Source: the human T2T-CHM13v2.0 reference genome, Homo sapiens. Taken from it: 64,000 nucleotides of DNA. A model generated the notes under the pieces. That model did no database searches, was not told the DNA's origin, and was given only the letters and a program-made list of their open reading frames with translations. The DNA is taken from NCBI RefSeq assembly GCF_009914755.1, contig NC_060944.1. One strand, given 5' to 3'. This document shows, one piece after another, positions 1-11,040 of the stretch (the first letter of the stretch is position 1; each line of letters starts with the position of its first letter). Position numbers and translations under genes: made by a program.

Positions 1-215
1 CAGAGAAAACCATACAGACCAGAGTGAAACGCAGTTAAAGCTAATCCGTGGTGGTAGAGGTCAGAATATAGATACCTTGAAGACTGGCTGGTTAAGGAAC
101 CCAAGGAAACCTTTTGAATGTTTCTTGACATGGTTGCAGATTACATGAGTATATACATAAGTAAAAATTCATTATGCGTTTTATCGTATGTAAACTACAC
201 CTCAGTTTAATTGAA
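1..215 (+). mobile_element. Old L1M (L1ME-like) 3' UTR fragment
   Basis: 'ctaatccgtggtggtagaggtcagaata' and 'gattacatgagtatatacat...tatgtaaactacacctcagtttaa' resemble L1ME 3' ends; boundaries approximate. Confidence 0.55.
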
Positions 216-574
216 AAATAGATCTTATATATCTTTTATTATGTTTATTGACTTGATTTGTTAACAAAAGGGTGTGTTAAGATTCTCATCATTGAGAATC
301 TCATGATTGGGAATTAAAGGTCTGTTTCTTTCCATTTCTCCTTGTGATTTCTGCAGCTTTTACTTCTGTATTTTGATGCCAAATTACTTGGTGCATAGAA
401 ATTCCTATAGTTTCCTCTTCACAGTAGAGGACTATCAGCATAATGATGCATAATGATGATAAAGCAGCCTTTTCTGTCCAATTTAAATATTTTTTAAAAA
501 TTTGCCTGACGTTCATTCTTTGGCTCTAGCTTTGTTTTTACTTCCAATTTACAAAATATATCTTTTCCCTTCTT

Positions 575-1785
575 TAAAAAAACTTCATAGTAAATTATGC
601 ATAAAGCTTACCATCATATCATTTTTAAGTGTACAGTTTACTGGTGTTAAGTACATTCATGTCCATCACTGCCACTGATCTCCAGAACTCTCTTCATCTT
701 GCAAAAGTGAAACTCTATACCTCATTCCTCCCTCCATTTATGCCACATCAAACCACCATTCTATTTTCTGTCTGTATGAATTTGACTATTCTAGGTATCT
801 TATATAAGATACCTTATATAAGGTACCTTATATCTTATATAATATCATCTATATTATATAAGTGGTATCTTATATAAGATTCCACTTATGTGGAATCATA
901 TAGTATTTGTCCTTTTGTGACTGGCTTAATTCACATAGCATAATGTTCTCAAGGTTCTTTCATGTTGTATCACGTGTCAGAATTTCCTTCCTTTAAAAGG
1001 CCGAGTAATTTTCCATTATTTGTATGCCACATTTTGATGATTTACTCATCTGTCAATGAACAGTTGAGTTGCTTCCACTTCTTGACTATTTAAATGCTGC
1101 TGCTAAGAACATATGTGTATGAAGATCTCTTAAAGTCTCTTCTTTCAATTCTTTTGGGTATATACCCAGAAATAGAAATGCTGGATCCTATGGTAATTCT
1201 ATTTTTGATTTGTTAAGAATATGCCATACTGTTTTCCACAAGCACTGTACCATTCTGCATTCTCACCAACAATGCACAAGAATTCCAACTTCTCTACATC
1301 TCTGCAAATACTTGTTATTTTCCATTTTTTTACAGTTTCCATCCTTAAGGGTGTGAGGTGGTATCTCATCGTACTTTTGATTTGCATTTCCTTAGTAATT
1401 AGTAATGTTGAGCATCTTTTCATATGCTTATTGGACATTTGTGTATCCTCTCTGGAGAAATGTCCTTTCAAGTTCATTGCCCATTTTTGAATCAGGTTGT
1501 TTGTTTTTAATGTCGGGTTTTAGGCATCCTTTATAGTATGAATATTCTCCACTTATTTTATATCTACTTATAGATATTTTCTCCCATTCCATGGGTTGGC
1601 TTTTTGCTCTGTTGATTGCATCCTTTGATGCCCAGAAGTTTTAAATTTTGATGTAGTCCTATTATCTATTTTTTTTTTGTTTTCAAAAGAATGCATTGCC
1701 ACATCCAATGTTTTAAAGATTTTCTCATTTTTTCTTGTGAGTTTTATAGTTTTAGATGATACATTTAGGTCTTTGATCTCTTATA
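575..1785 (-). mobile_element. L1MB-like LINE-1 3' end and ORF2 tail
   Basis: Antisense L1M 3' UTR ('tttaagtgtacagtt...ctccagaactc...aactctatac'); ORF 1199-1477 (-) translates to the L1 ORF2 C-terminus ([27 protein letters not shown]). Confidence 0.85.
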
Positions 1786-2086
1786 TTTTCTCTTGCAATC
1801 TTTTCTAATCATTTAGTTTCAAGTGTGTTGGGGTTTGGTTTGGTTTTATCTTGAGAGTTATTTTTCGTTTCAATTAATTTATTTTTTTAAATTTACTAGG
1901 ATGAAAGGCATGTGAACTTTCATGTATATTACTTCGTTTTACTTTTTTTGTGTTTTTTTGCTTCTCTGATTATTCTGCCTTTTTCCGGCTTTTGGATGCT
2001 GCAGGCATGTAATAAGTCATAAGAAATGAATGATGTGGACATTATGATTCTGCTCACATATATTTAAGAAAGCTGTCTATTGCCTC

Positions 2087-2236
2087 TGTATTGAACAATA
2101 GCTTTAATAGATTTCTTTGGGTGAATTTTTTTCCTTTGTATTGAACAGTAGCTTTACTAGATTTCTTTGGGTGAATTTTTTTCCTTTGTATTGAACAATA
2201 GCTTTACTAGATTTCTTTGGGTGAACTTTTTTTCCC
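2087..2236. repeat. Tandem repeat, 50-bp unit x3
   Basis: Unit beginning 'tgtattgaacaatagcttta(a/c)tagatttctttgggtgaa' starts at 2087, 2137 and 2187; copies differ by only a few bases. Confidence 0.95.
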
Positions 2237-2392
2237 TCAAAGCCTAACATATTATTTTAATGTCTTCTAGTGTAAACTATTTTTGGAGATTAAGGAATCC
2301 AGTCTGGAAGCTTTAACCTTTACAGACAACCTTTTTATTTCTAGGATTGCTATATCCTTTCTATATTTCTCAAACTAAAGTAGCTTTGTTAT

Positions 2393-2677
2393 CTTTTATT
2401 TTTTTTCTCTGTCACCCAGGCTGGAATACAGTGGTGTGATCTCAGTTCACTGCAGCCTTGACCTCCTGGGCTCAAGCAATCCTCCTACCTCAGCCTCCTG
2501 AGTAGCTGAGACTACAAGTGCATGCCACCAAGCCTGGCTAATTTGTTTGTTTTGATTGGTAGAGATGAGGTCTCACTACATTTCCCAGTCTGGTCTCAAA
2601 CTCTTGTACTAAAGTGATCCTCCCACCTTGCCCTCCCAAAGTGTTAGGATTACAGGTGTGAGCCACTGCCTCTGGTC
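2393..2677 (-). mobile_element. AluJ-type SINE
   Basis: Antisense dimeric Alu with J-type 'cagccttgacctcctgggctcaagcaatcctcc'; flanks 'ctaaagtagcttt' and 'ctaaagtaacttt' look like a TSD. Confidence 0.9.
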
Positions 2678-2744
2678 TAAAGTAACTTTTCAACCTATGT
2701 CTTGGTGTAGATCTTTTAAAAAATGAATTGCTTATTAATACATT

Positions 2745-4195
2745 CCTGTAATAATTATAATACAAGTAATAGTGTGTTGAGCAGGCATATTGATAGGAAA
2801 TAAAGATAAAATTAAGCAAAAAAGACACTCCCTACCTTAATGGAGTTTACAGCCAAGTGAAGAAGAAAGATATTCATTAAACTATTCCACAAATAAATGT
2901 CATATGACAACTTAGAGCTTTAATAAGAGGATGAAACAACTCTGGAAAATCAGAAAAGAATGAATGGGAATCAACTCACTGATGTGCGATGATGGAGGAT
3001 GCTGAGGGCTTTAGGCTGCAGCAACTTACTTAATAAGTTCCCAAGCAGGAGAGAACTTGGCTTCTACAGGGAATTAAAAAGTTTGCCAGAACAAGTTGGT
3101 CTGGAGACACAGGCAGCTCAGAGTCTTATTGGTCATGCTAAGGAGATCTGAGTCTTAGTTACATGAACAATCAAAAACTCCTGAAGAGTTCTAATTCTGT
3201 TGACAAATTATCAGATTTATCTTCTGAAAGGAACACTCTGACAGTCTTGTGGAAAAGAAATTGGAAATGCTGTGGTAAATGCGGGTTACCTGTTAGTATA
3301 ATAATACCTGTACAGTAGCCCAGGAAGAGAGAGAGATAGCATAGACAAATGGCTGTGGCAATAGAGAGTGGGGAGTGATTTGAAACATAATTAGGAAATG
3401 AAATTAAGAGACATCAGTGTTGAAATGACAGAGGAAAACAGGGTTCACAAAAGTGGTACCACTTAAAGATAGAATGCTGGAAGAGGACCAGTTTTTTGGG
3501 ATAGGAGAATATGTATTTGGTTTTGGACACATTGCATTGCATACATTTATTTATCAAGTCATTCCACAAGAATGTACTGATTGTCTTCTGTGTGTCAGGC
3601 ATTGTTGCAGGCTCTGGGGATTCAGCAATACATAATTTGATGATCGAATTTGATGTATCTTCACAACATCCAAGAGGAACTATCAGATAGGCCTTTGGAC
3701 ATATTTGGTCTGGACCTCAGAATGTAGGTGTGAATTCTGAGTTGCAACTATACATGTATGTGTCATTTGTGTGTAGGTGACAATTGAAGCTTGGGGCAAA
3801 GATGAGATGCTCTGATTCTTAGATTCTAAGGTGAGATCAATAAATAAGAAGAAAAAAAGGAGTCATCTCTGGGACTACACCTTGAGAATCTCAAGTTTTA
3901 ATGGATGGCTTAGGAATTACTCAAGTTAGGAGGCAGAAAGAGCCAGCAGAGAAGTAGGAGGAAAACAGGAAAGAGCTGTGACCCAGAGTAAAGGGCCATA
4001 GAGGTCAGCTGTATCAGATGTGACCAAGAGCTCAAGTCCAAAAAGGTCTGAATAATAACCCTTGTGATGGGGAGGTTATGACTGACCCCCAGGGGCTATT
4101 TCATTGAAATAATGGGATCAGAGGACAGTTTGGAGATGGTGGGGTGTGACTGGGAAATAAGAAAGTTGGAATAGCAAGTATGGAGGCCTCTTCCC
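2745..4195 (-). mobile_element. Degenerate L2 LINE fragments
   Basis: L2 3'-end motifs in antisense, e.g. 3540-3630 'catttatttatc...tgtgtcaggcattgttgcaggctctgggga', plus purine-rich L2 body; boundaries approximate. Confidence 0.65.
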
Positions 4196-4204
4196 AGAGA
4201 GGAA

Positions 4205-4440
4205 GAGGTGGCATGGCCTCTGGAGCCAGACAATCCAAGTTTAAATCCTGATGCTGCCATATGTTAGCTGGGAGACCTTGGGCAGATCAGCCTCTGAGAC
4301 TCGATTGTCTCATGAGTAATAACATGACAACCTAGGACCTGCTCAGGGAGTGATGGTGAGGATTGTACGAGATAATACATGCAAAGTGCTTAAAGCAATG
4401 TCTATCTTGCAAAGCTTGATGAATGTTAGCTGCTAGTACT
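4205..4440 (+). mobile_element. MIR SINE
   Basis: 'tctggagccagac...aaatcctg...agctgggagaccttgggcag...gtgaggatt...gataatacatgcaaagtgctta' matches the MIR core and 3' part. Confidence 0.8.
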
Positions 4441-4471
4441 AGTTATGTGTGGGTTCAAAGAAGGCTTGTAA

Positions 4472-4702
4472 GTCTTTCTCTTCCTTTCTTCTCCTTCCCC
4501 ATCCTCTTCTCCTTTTCCTTCTCCTTCTTTTCCATCTCCTGTTTCTTTCTTTCTTCATCTTTGTGTTCTTCCTGTTTCTATTTTTTCTCCCTCTTTCTAT
4601 TTTTTCTCCCTCTTTCTATTTGTTCTCCTCCTCTTCTTCTCTCCCTTCCTCCCTCTCCTCCTTCACTTTTCCTCTTCTTTCTCCTCCTCTTCCTTCTCCT
4701 CA
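4472..4702. repeat. CT-rich low-complexity polypyrimidine tract (~230 bp)
   Basis: Almost only C and T; explains the F/L/S-rich ORFs at 4423-4716. Confidence 0.9.
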
Positions 4703-4842
4703 TACCTGAGCATTAGTTTCCACATTTTGTTTTTTAGTAATTCTAGGAAATCTGACCTATGTTTTACTGGAATAGGTTATTTGGGAAGTGCTAATGATTT
4801 TTCAAACACACACACATTTAAGTAGACTTTTTTTTTTAACAG

Positions 4843-5110
4843 AGAGGCAACAAGCCAAGTAGCAAAGATATAAGCAACAATCAAATGGAGCCTGAAATAT
4901 GATAAGAGCATACATGCACTTTAACAATAATTTTGATACTGGAATGATTATTTCAGAAGCAATATTTTTTCTGAAAAGCATTGGTCTTCTGTACAGAAAA
5001 ATAAAAAAGTGAGCTGCCACTCATAGTGAATTAAGAGCTGTGGGCTGAAAGGGTCTCTTTTATAGCCAGTTTGAAATTTTTCATATAATAAAAACAGTAT
5101 GTAAATATTA
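4843..5110 (+). other. Candidate terminal exon (3' splice site, stops, poly(A) signals)
   Basis: T10-aacAG acceptor ending at 4842, ctaat branch-like motif at 4791, stops in all three frames within 60 nt, TGTA at 4990, AATAAA at 5000 and 5087; host gene not identified. Confidence 0.4.
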
Positions 5111-5152
5111 TATATATATACACACATACATATATATGCATATATGTACATA
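5108..5152. repeat. (TA)n/(CA)n microsatellite
   Basis: tatatatatatacacacatacatatatatgcatatatgtacata. Confidence 0.8.
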
Positions 5153-5776
5153 TTTCTGCCATTACTTTACTTTTATTCATTTAACAAATGTTTCCTAAGC
5201 TGGAATCTTGCAGAGATTTTGTAACAGTATGGAGAGTAGGTCTCAGAGAAGAGCATTCCTTTCATGATGTGGCTGCATGGGAGAAGAGTTCATGGGCAGA
5301 GGCTCAGAGCCATAATTAGGCACCTCGCATGAAGCTTCTGCTGTATGGCAGGTGGAAGGGGCTGCTTCCTCCAGAAAGAGCCCAGGGAGGCTGTGCAGAC
5401 AGTGGTCTTTGATCCAGGACTTAGAAGATGAGTTCTCTGGTCAGGAAGAGACAATGAAAACCCTTGGCATCCGGAATTTGGGGAATAGGCAAGGACTCAT
5501 GCAGCCAGCAAGTACAGTTCGTGAAGGAGCAGGAGCTATTCTCAATCTCAGTTCATTCTAACAGCCATTCCTGTCTGAGCAGGTTATGATGCTTTGTAAC
5601 CACTCTTCTGTATCCCCTGAGAGTTTCATTTATATTTTCACTACCATGCATTTTTAGATATAATATCAGTATAAGTTTAACAATCATATTTTGGCTACAG
5701 GCCAAAACAGTGCTTATAAACAGTTTTATAAAATAAGAAGAACCTTCCTGTATTCTTCAAAGTACTAAACCTGTGA

Positions 5777-6084
5777 CTTTTTTTTCTTTTTTCTTTTTTT
5801 GAGACAGGGTGTCACTCTATCATCCAGTATGGAGTCCAGTGGCGCAATCATGGCTCACTGTAGCCTTGACCTCCCAGGCTCAGGAGATCCTCCCACCTCA
5901 GCCCCCGGGTAGTTGGGATTATAGGCGAGCATCAACGTGTCCAGCAATTTTTTTTTTGTATTTTTGTAGAGACAAGTTCTCGTCATGTTGCCCAGGCTTG
6001 TCTCAAACTTGTGGGCTAAGGTGATCCTCCTGCTTCGGACTCCCAAAGCATTGAGATTACAGAGGACAGCCACTGAGCCTGGCC
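5777..6084 (-). mobile_element. AluJ-type SINE
   Basis: Poly-T, then 'gagacagggtgtcactct...atcatggctcactgtagccttgacctccc...gccactgagcctggcc'. Confidence 0.9.
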
Positions 6085-7435
6085 CTACACCTGTCTTAAT
6101 CTCATTTCAGAAACTCTACTGCCTAAAGCAGATGTCAAAACTCTTCAGCAGAAGCAATGGTTGTGATAAAGTTTTAGAGTAGAGAGTCACTAAGCTTGAA
6201 AAACAATAGCAGGTTATATGAACTTTTGAAGAAATTAGCCGTTTATTTTTTTCAAGGAGAGAAGTAGCCAAGAAGCTGAAAAAATATGAAAGCTATATTG
6301 CCCACTCCATTGCAATTTCCAAATTCCCTTCTGGGTATAAGCCCTCTCAGAGGATAACTGGAAAGGCCATATACTCAGTGCATGTAAAGAACTCTGGCTT
6401 GTTTTTCATTGCACCAGGAATGAAAGAAAGACATTATCGGCCAGTGTGCAGGGTTTTCTGGGGAGAAGCTGAGCTGAAGTGACTTAGCATGCTTTATGTT
6501 GCCTGATTAATGTCAAGCGAGGGGGCCACTGAGTGAAAGTTCATAGCAATGCCATTTTCTGTAATTGAAAATGCTATGCAAAAAATAAAATATGTCAACA
6601 GTTCCTGCTGCCTGCCTCATATCCTGGAGAGCTGTGTACATTTTAAGTTATCCCTGCAACTTAAAAGAATTGTAACCACAGAGATTGTGAGGGGAGCAGC
6701 TGGTTTGCAAAGTTGCTTGGGGTAAACCTGTCAGAGCTCATGAGTAAACACAATCTGAAAACAGAGGCTGCTCGTGGGGAAATCAGTTGCTTTTTCCACA
6801 AAATAAAAGGAAGAGTTTTGCTCAGGGCAATGTGACGATGACGTGCAACTGTTCTGCATTAACTACAACTTTTTTTTTTGCTTTCTCATTGCCCAGTTCC
6901 CCTTTATTCTACAGCAAGAAATTGAGGTTGTATATTGCACACTGGGAATATCTAAACTGGAAATAATTAAAATATATATTTCATTTATAGTGGGTCTTAT
7001 GTGAGGAGAAGTAAAGATTGCCACAGCTTCCTGAGTATATGAGTTAATGATGTGTTCTGCATTTTCTTGATTTTCCACATTTTAACTGCCTCTGTTCCTC
7101 ATTTGGGGGTAGGGAACTTTGAGAGGCATGGAATACAGACTTGCATGAGCAGAAACGTACAGCTTTTGAGCATGTGAGGGGATGGCGTGGAGAAGGTTGG
7201 GTTCATCATGTGGTTTCTTGGCACTATTTTTCTCCAGTTTCTCCCTTCAGTGTCAAAGCAAGCATGTTATCAAGAATGTTTCAAACCAGAAATTGGTTTA
7301 AGACCATTGCAGTATCCTATTAGGTTGTGTTTTTAGAATATGATGAACAAATGGATCTTCAAAATGAAGTTCCAAAAATGACAGTTAAAAAAGGAATACA
7401 GACTCATTGAAGGAAAAAACCTACAAAAGACTCTC

Positions 7436-7469
<34 letters not shown>

Positions 7470-7502
7470 TGTGTGTATGCATGTGTGGGTGTGTGTGTGT
7501 GT
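7436..7502. repeat. Imperfect (TG)n microsatellite
   Basis: Long tgtgtg run with a few interruptions. Confidence 0.95.
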
Positions 7503-8296
7503 TGTAAGTACATTCAATATATATCCATACTGAATGAAGTCATTGGTAAAGTAAAGCAAAATTCCCGTTCTTCAGACTTAATTAGGACATCATTTTGATG
7601 GAGGCTAAGTTAGCAAAAACACAGCTAGAAACTGGGTACAAAGGGCAAATTGATTGTAAATCTTGGAGATTGTTTGTATGACTGGGTTGCATGACTGAAG
7701 CTTAAAAAGTAAAAAGTGTCTTACATAGAATTGCGAGTGTGCTTTTGGTCATGGCTAGCTATAAAGGGAAGAAATATGAAAGTCATTCTCAAAATGTTTG
7801 GAGATAGAAACTCTGTGGGGGTAAATCCAAGGGGTCAGAATGCATTCTTATTTATTGTGTGAGTTTTCAAATTGTGAAGAAATATTATTTCTAGAATGAG
7901 TTCAAAGTTGACTCAAAGTGATAACTAAAGGCAATGAATTGAGAAATAAAAGTGTGAAAGACCTGAAACATTTTATCCGTTTAATCCCCATAAAAACTCA
8001 ATGAAAAAATGAAAAAGTGTCTTCCTCAATAGCAATTCACAGCCTCTGGCTCAGAGCTGGGACATGTGGAAGGAATACAGACATGCTCTCCCAAATTGCT
8101 TGGCATCCTTGGACTAGACAGTAGATTTCTCTGAAGTTACATCCCAACATTACAATCATCCAAAATCACGTGAATATGGTGATCCATCTCATTGAATGGA
8201 ATCTGGATTTATTATGCCAGCCAGAAAACTAGAAAAGAAAATTCTGATGGTTGAGTAAAGAAGAGGAACAAATAGCAAGAGGGATGAATTGGGTTC

Positions 8297-8690
8297 TGTC
8301 AGGTTGGAAACCCCCCAGAAACAGACCCTGCAACAAGCAGCTTATCAAGAGGCGATCCAAGAAGTGGTGTGAGGGAGCGGAGGGGAAAGGCAAGGCAGGA
8401 GTGGAGGTCCATAGATAATTCTTTTGTGGGCAACTGGGGCCTGATCTTTCTGGACACCCTGGGAAACTGTAGAAAGCATTTCAGATTTGCCCCCACCCAA
8501 GGGACAAAGAAGCTGGAGTGCTTCTACCTAACATCCTGTTACTGCTTAAAGTTTGCTCTGAGGGTATCCATGTCTGGAAGCCTCTATGCTTCAGACTTGC
8601 CCAAGAGAGCAAATTCTCCTTCTCCATCCAGAGAAAGCCTGCAGGAAGGCAGTCACAGGGATTTGCAGTAAAGCCAAGTGTGTGTACAGA
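8297..8690. mobile_element. Old MaLR LTR (MLT1K/L-like)
   Basis: 'tgtcaggttgg...ccccagaaacagaccctg...gtgggcaactggggc...ctgggaaactgtaga...gaagctggagt' is typical of MLT1K/L. Confidence 0.65.
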
Positions 8691-9054
8691 ATCAATGTTC
8701 AAAGCTATGTAGATGGGATGGACTGTATTTTCTATTAGGACTCCACTGCCATTGGTAACACAATTTTTCCAAAGAAGACATAAGTCAGGAGGAACAAATG
8801 TCATCTCCTCCAGGCCTCCCACCTGCCATCTCCACTGCTAACAGAATGTTCGTGTAGGAAAATATTGTTACTCCTCTTAATTGGTGAGAGCAACCCTCCC
8901 ATGATGAATGAAATAACTATGGCTATCTGTGGTCTGTTGGCTTAGGTTGAGGGTAGTGGTAGTGAGGCGAAGATACAGTTTGAATGTTCATGTAAATCTA
9001 TCGTGACTTTTCCATCCCAGGAACAGAATAATGTACAACTAATGTGACTCCTTC

Positions 9055-9283
9055 ATCTTGTAGTTGTACATTATTTATTGTTTTTGAGAAGTGCCAAACA
9101 ACAGCATAGAATATGTGTATAAAAATGTTAACATATCTAGTAAAAATAGGTTCAAAAATAACATCCTGTATGATGCATTCCTTACCAATGGTGAATCAAA
9201 CATCAGCTTTGTTAATAGACAACTCATTTTTATTATTTTTATAACCAAAAGCAATTCTTTACAATATCCTTTGCCCATGCTTC
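9055..9283 (-). other. Candidate minus-strand exon (internal 9186-9283, or terminal to ~9055)
   Basis: On -: long pyrimidine tract 'ttttccttctctttttcttcctactaAG' before 9283; donor 'ttg|gtaagg' after 9186; AATAAA at 9074-9079 if read through. Confidence 0.35.
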
Positions 9284-9918
9284 CTTAGTAGGAAGAAAAA
9301 GAGAAGGAAAATAATGGCTAGTAAGTGGATAATAGCAAGTTAGAGGATCCTTTGCAATCCTGGCTGGCTCTGTCCTGTGCGCCTCCTTTCCTTATCCTTA
9401 AAGGTTTGTGAACTTCTTGTCACCAGCAGACAATTGAGATTCAAACATATGTCAGTGTCATTCTGAACGAAAAATGGAAGTGTGATCCTTAAGAAAAATG
9501 GCTCTGCATATTATCATAGCTTCTTAGATTTGGAAAATAACCCTGGTGTCTGGAAAAAATTGAGAGAATCTTACTTTCAGGTTAAATGCCATATCCCTTT
9601 CAACTCCAAATACATTAGTATTTCTAAAGTAAGAATAAATGATTCTGAGACTCCGTTAGTGAAAACTAAGTGTGATTTCCTGATCCAACAAGGCTAACTT
9701 ACATTGTACTAACACAGTGAGAAGTAATAATCTCCCACTCAGTAGCCTATCTTGTCAACAGATTGCTTCTAATCCAGAGCTCTCCTTAAACCTCCCCTTA
9801 TTTTCACCTAGGCAACAGGGCATAGGAAGCAGAATTGGCAGGAGGGGGTGTTCCCAAGGAGTCAGGGGTTTGCCTTCTGCACAGGTGCTTGTGCTCACTT
9901 AGATCCTGCCAGCCTTAC

Positions 9919-10037
9919 CTGGATGGTGCTACCACTCTTCTTGGTGCAGAGCCAAGGACTGAACCATCATCACTGTCAATGGACATTTCCTGTGATTCTC
10001 ATTCATTTTGAAGTATTTGAAAAAGCCCAATCCCTGA
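9919..10037 (-). other. Candidate minus-strand 119-nt exon, no through-going frame
   Basis: On -: acceptor 'ttttctttcctggcAG' and donor 'ccag|gtaagg'; all three frames contain a stop. Confidence 0.35.
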
Positions 10038-10588
10038 CTGCCAGGAAAGAAAACGTGAACTGACATGTAACTAGCCCTGTCTGGCACCCACCACTTTACT
10101 TATTAGGTGGCATCTGGTCCCTATACCCACGTTTTGGTGTCAGTTTCTTCATCTTTATGAATGATCTGAGGCTGGGAGAGGGTTGGCCCCAGGTCTCACT
10201 CATTGAAGAGATTTGAATCCAGGCGCATCTCATTCCAGCACCCATATTTATCCAGTGCATTCTCTAGGGCAAGATATTTCCCTTACATGTTTTCCTCTTA
10301 ACTGCTTAAAAAGTTCTTTTGGCACAGTATTCCTGTATTCTAGTAACAAACTACAATGTTATGTGTCAGTATTCCTATTCCATAAATAAGAACCTGGAGG
10401 ATGTGAAATAAGTGATGTGTAAATGCGTGAAAGATAGCAGCACTGGGCTCCAAACTCTAGACTATAGAGAAAAAAGACCTGTTTACACCACTTTCCCAAC
10501 TTTACACCCAAATGCCAGTGAGTGAGGCAGTCAGGTTCCCTGCCATGCAGAGTGAGATTCTGTGGGATTCCCTGTCTTATACATACAC

Positions 10589-11040
10589 TGTGCTAGATTT
10601 GAGGTGGCCACAGAGTCTTTGCTCCTCCATTCATTGAAGGGTGGAGTCTTACTCCCCATCCCTCCTTGAACCTGGGCTTGACCAATAGAAGACAATGGGT
10701 TTGGTGCTTTGCAACCTCTGCTCCTGGTCCTGAGAGGTCTTGCAGCCTCCTTCTGGGTGCTGGCAACTCTTTCTTGGAAAGTTCACCCTGGTGCAAGCCG
10801 GCAACTATGAACAAAGGTAAACAATTCTCAGACCACCACGCTGTGAGAAGCCCAAATGTAGGGAAGGGTATCAGACATGAGAGTGAAGAAATTACCCTGG
10901 AAGTTGGTCCTCTAGCCCCAGCCACCCTGGTGGATCAGAAAGAAACCGCCCAACCCAGAAAACCATAAGAAAAATAAATGGTTATCAGAAGTCACTAACT
11001 TCTGAGGTGGTTTGTTACAGGGCAAGAAATTACTGGGACA
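10589..11040 (+). mobile_element. MaLR LTR (MLT1F/G/H-like)
   Basis: 'ggtggccacagagtctttgctcctcc...ttgaacctgggcttgaccaataga...aataaatggtt...gtggtttgttacagggcaagaaattactgggaca'. Confidence 0.75.

Noticed and set aside
2087-2236. CRISPR-like array
   Set aside because: Head-to-tail units with no unique spacers, in primate DNA
6512-6530. CTCF site at caagcgagggggccac
   Set aside because: The 5' half lacks the CC-x-C core; match too weak
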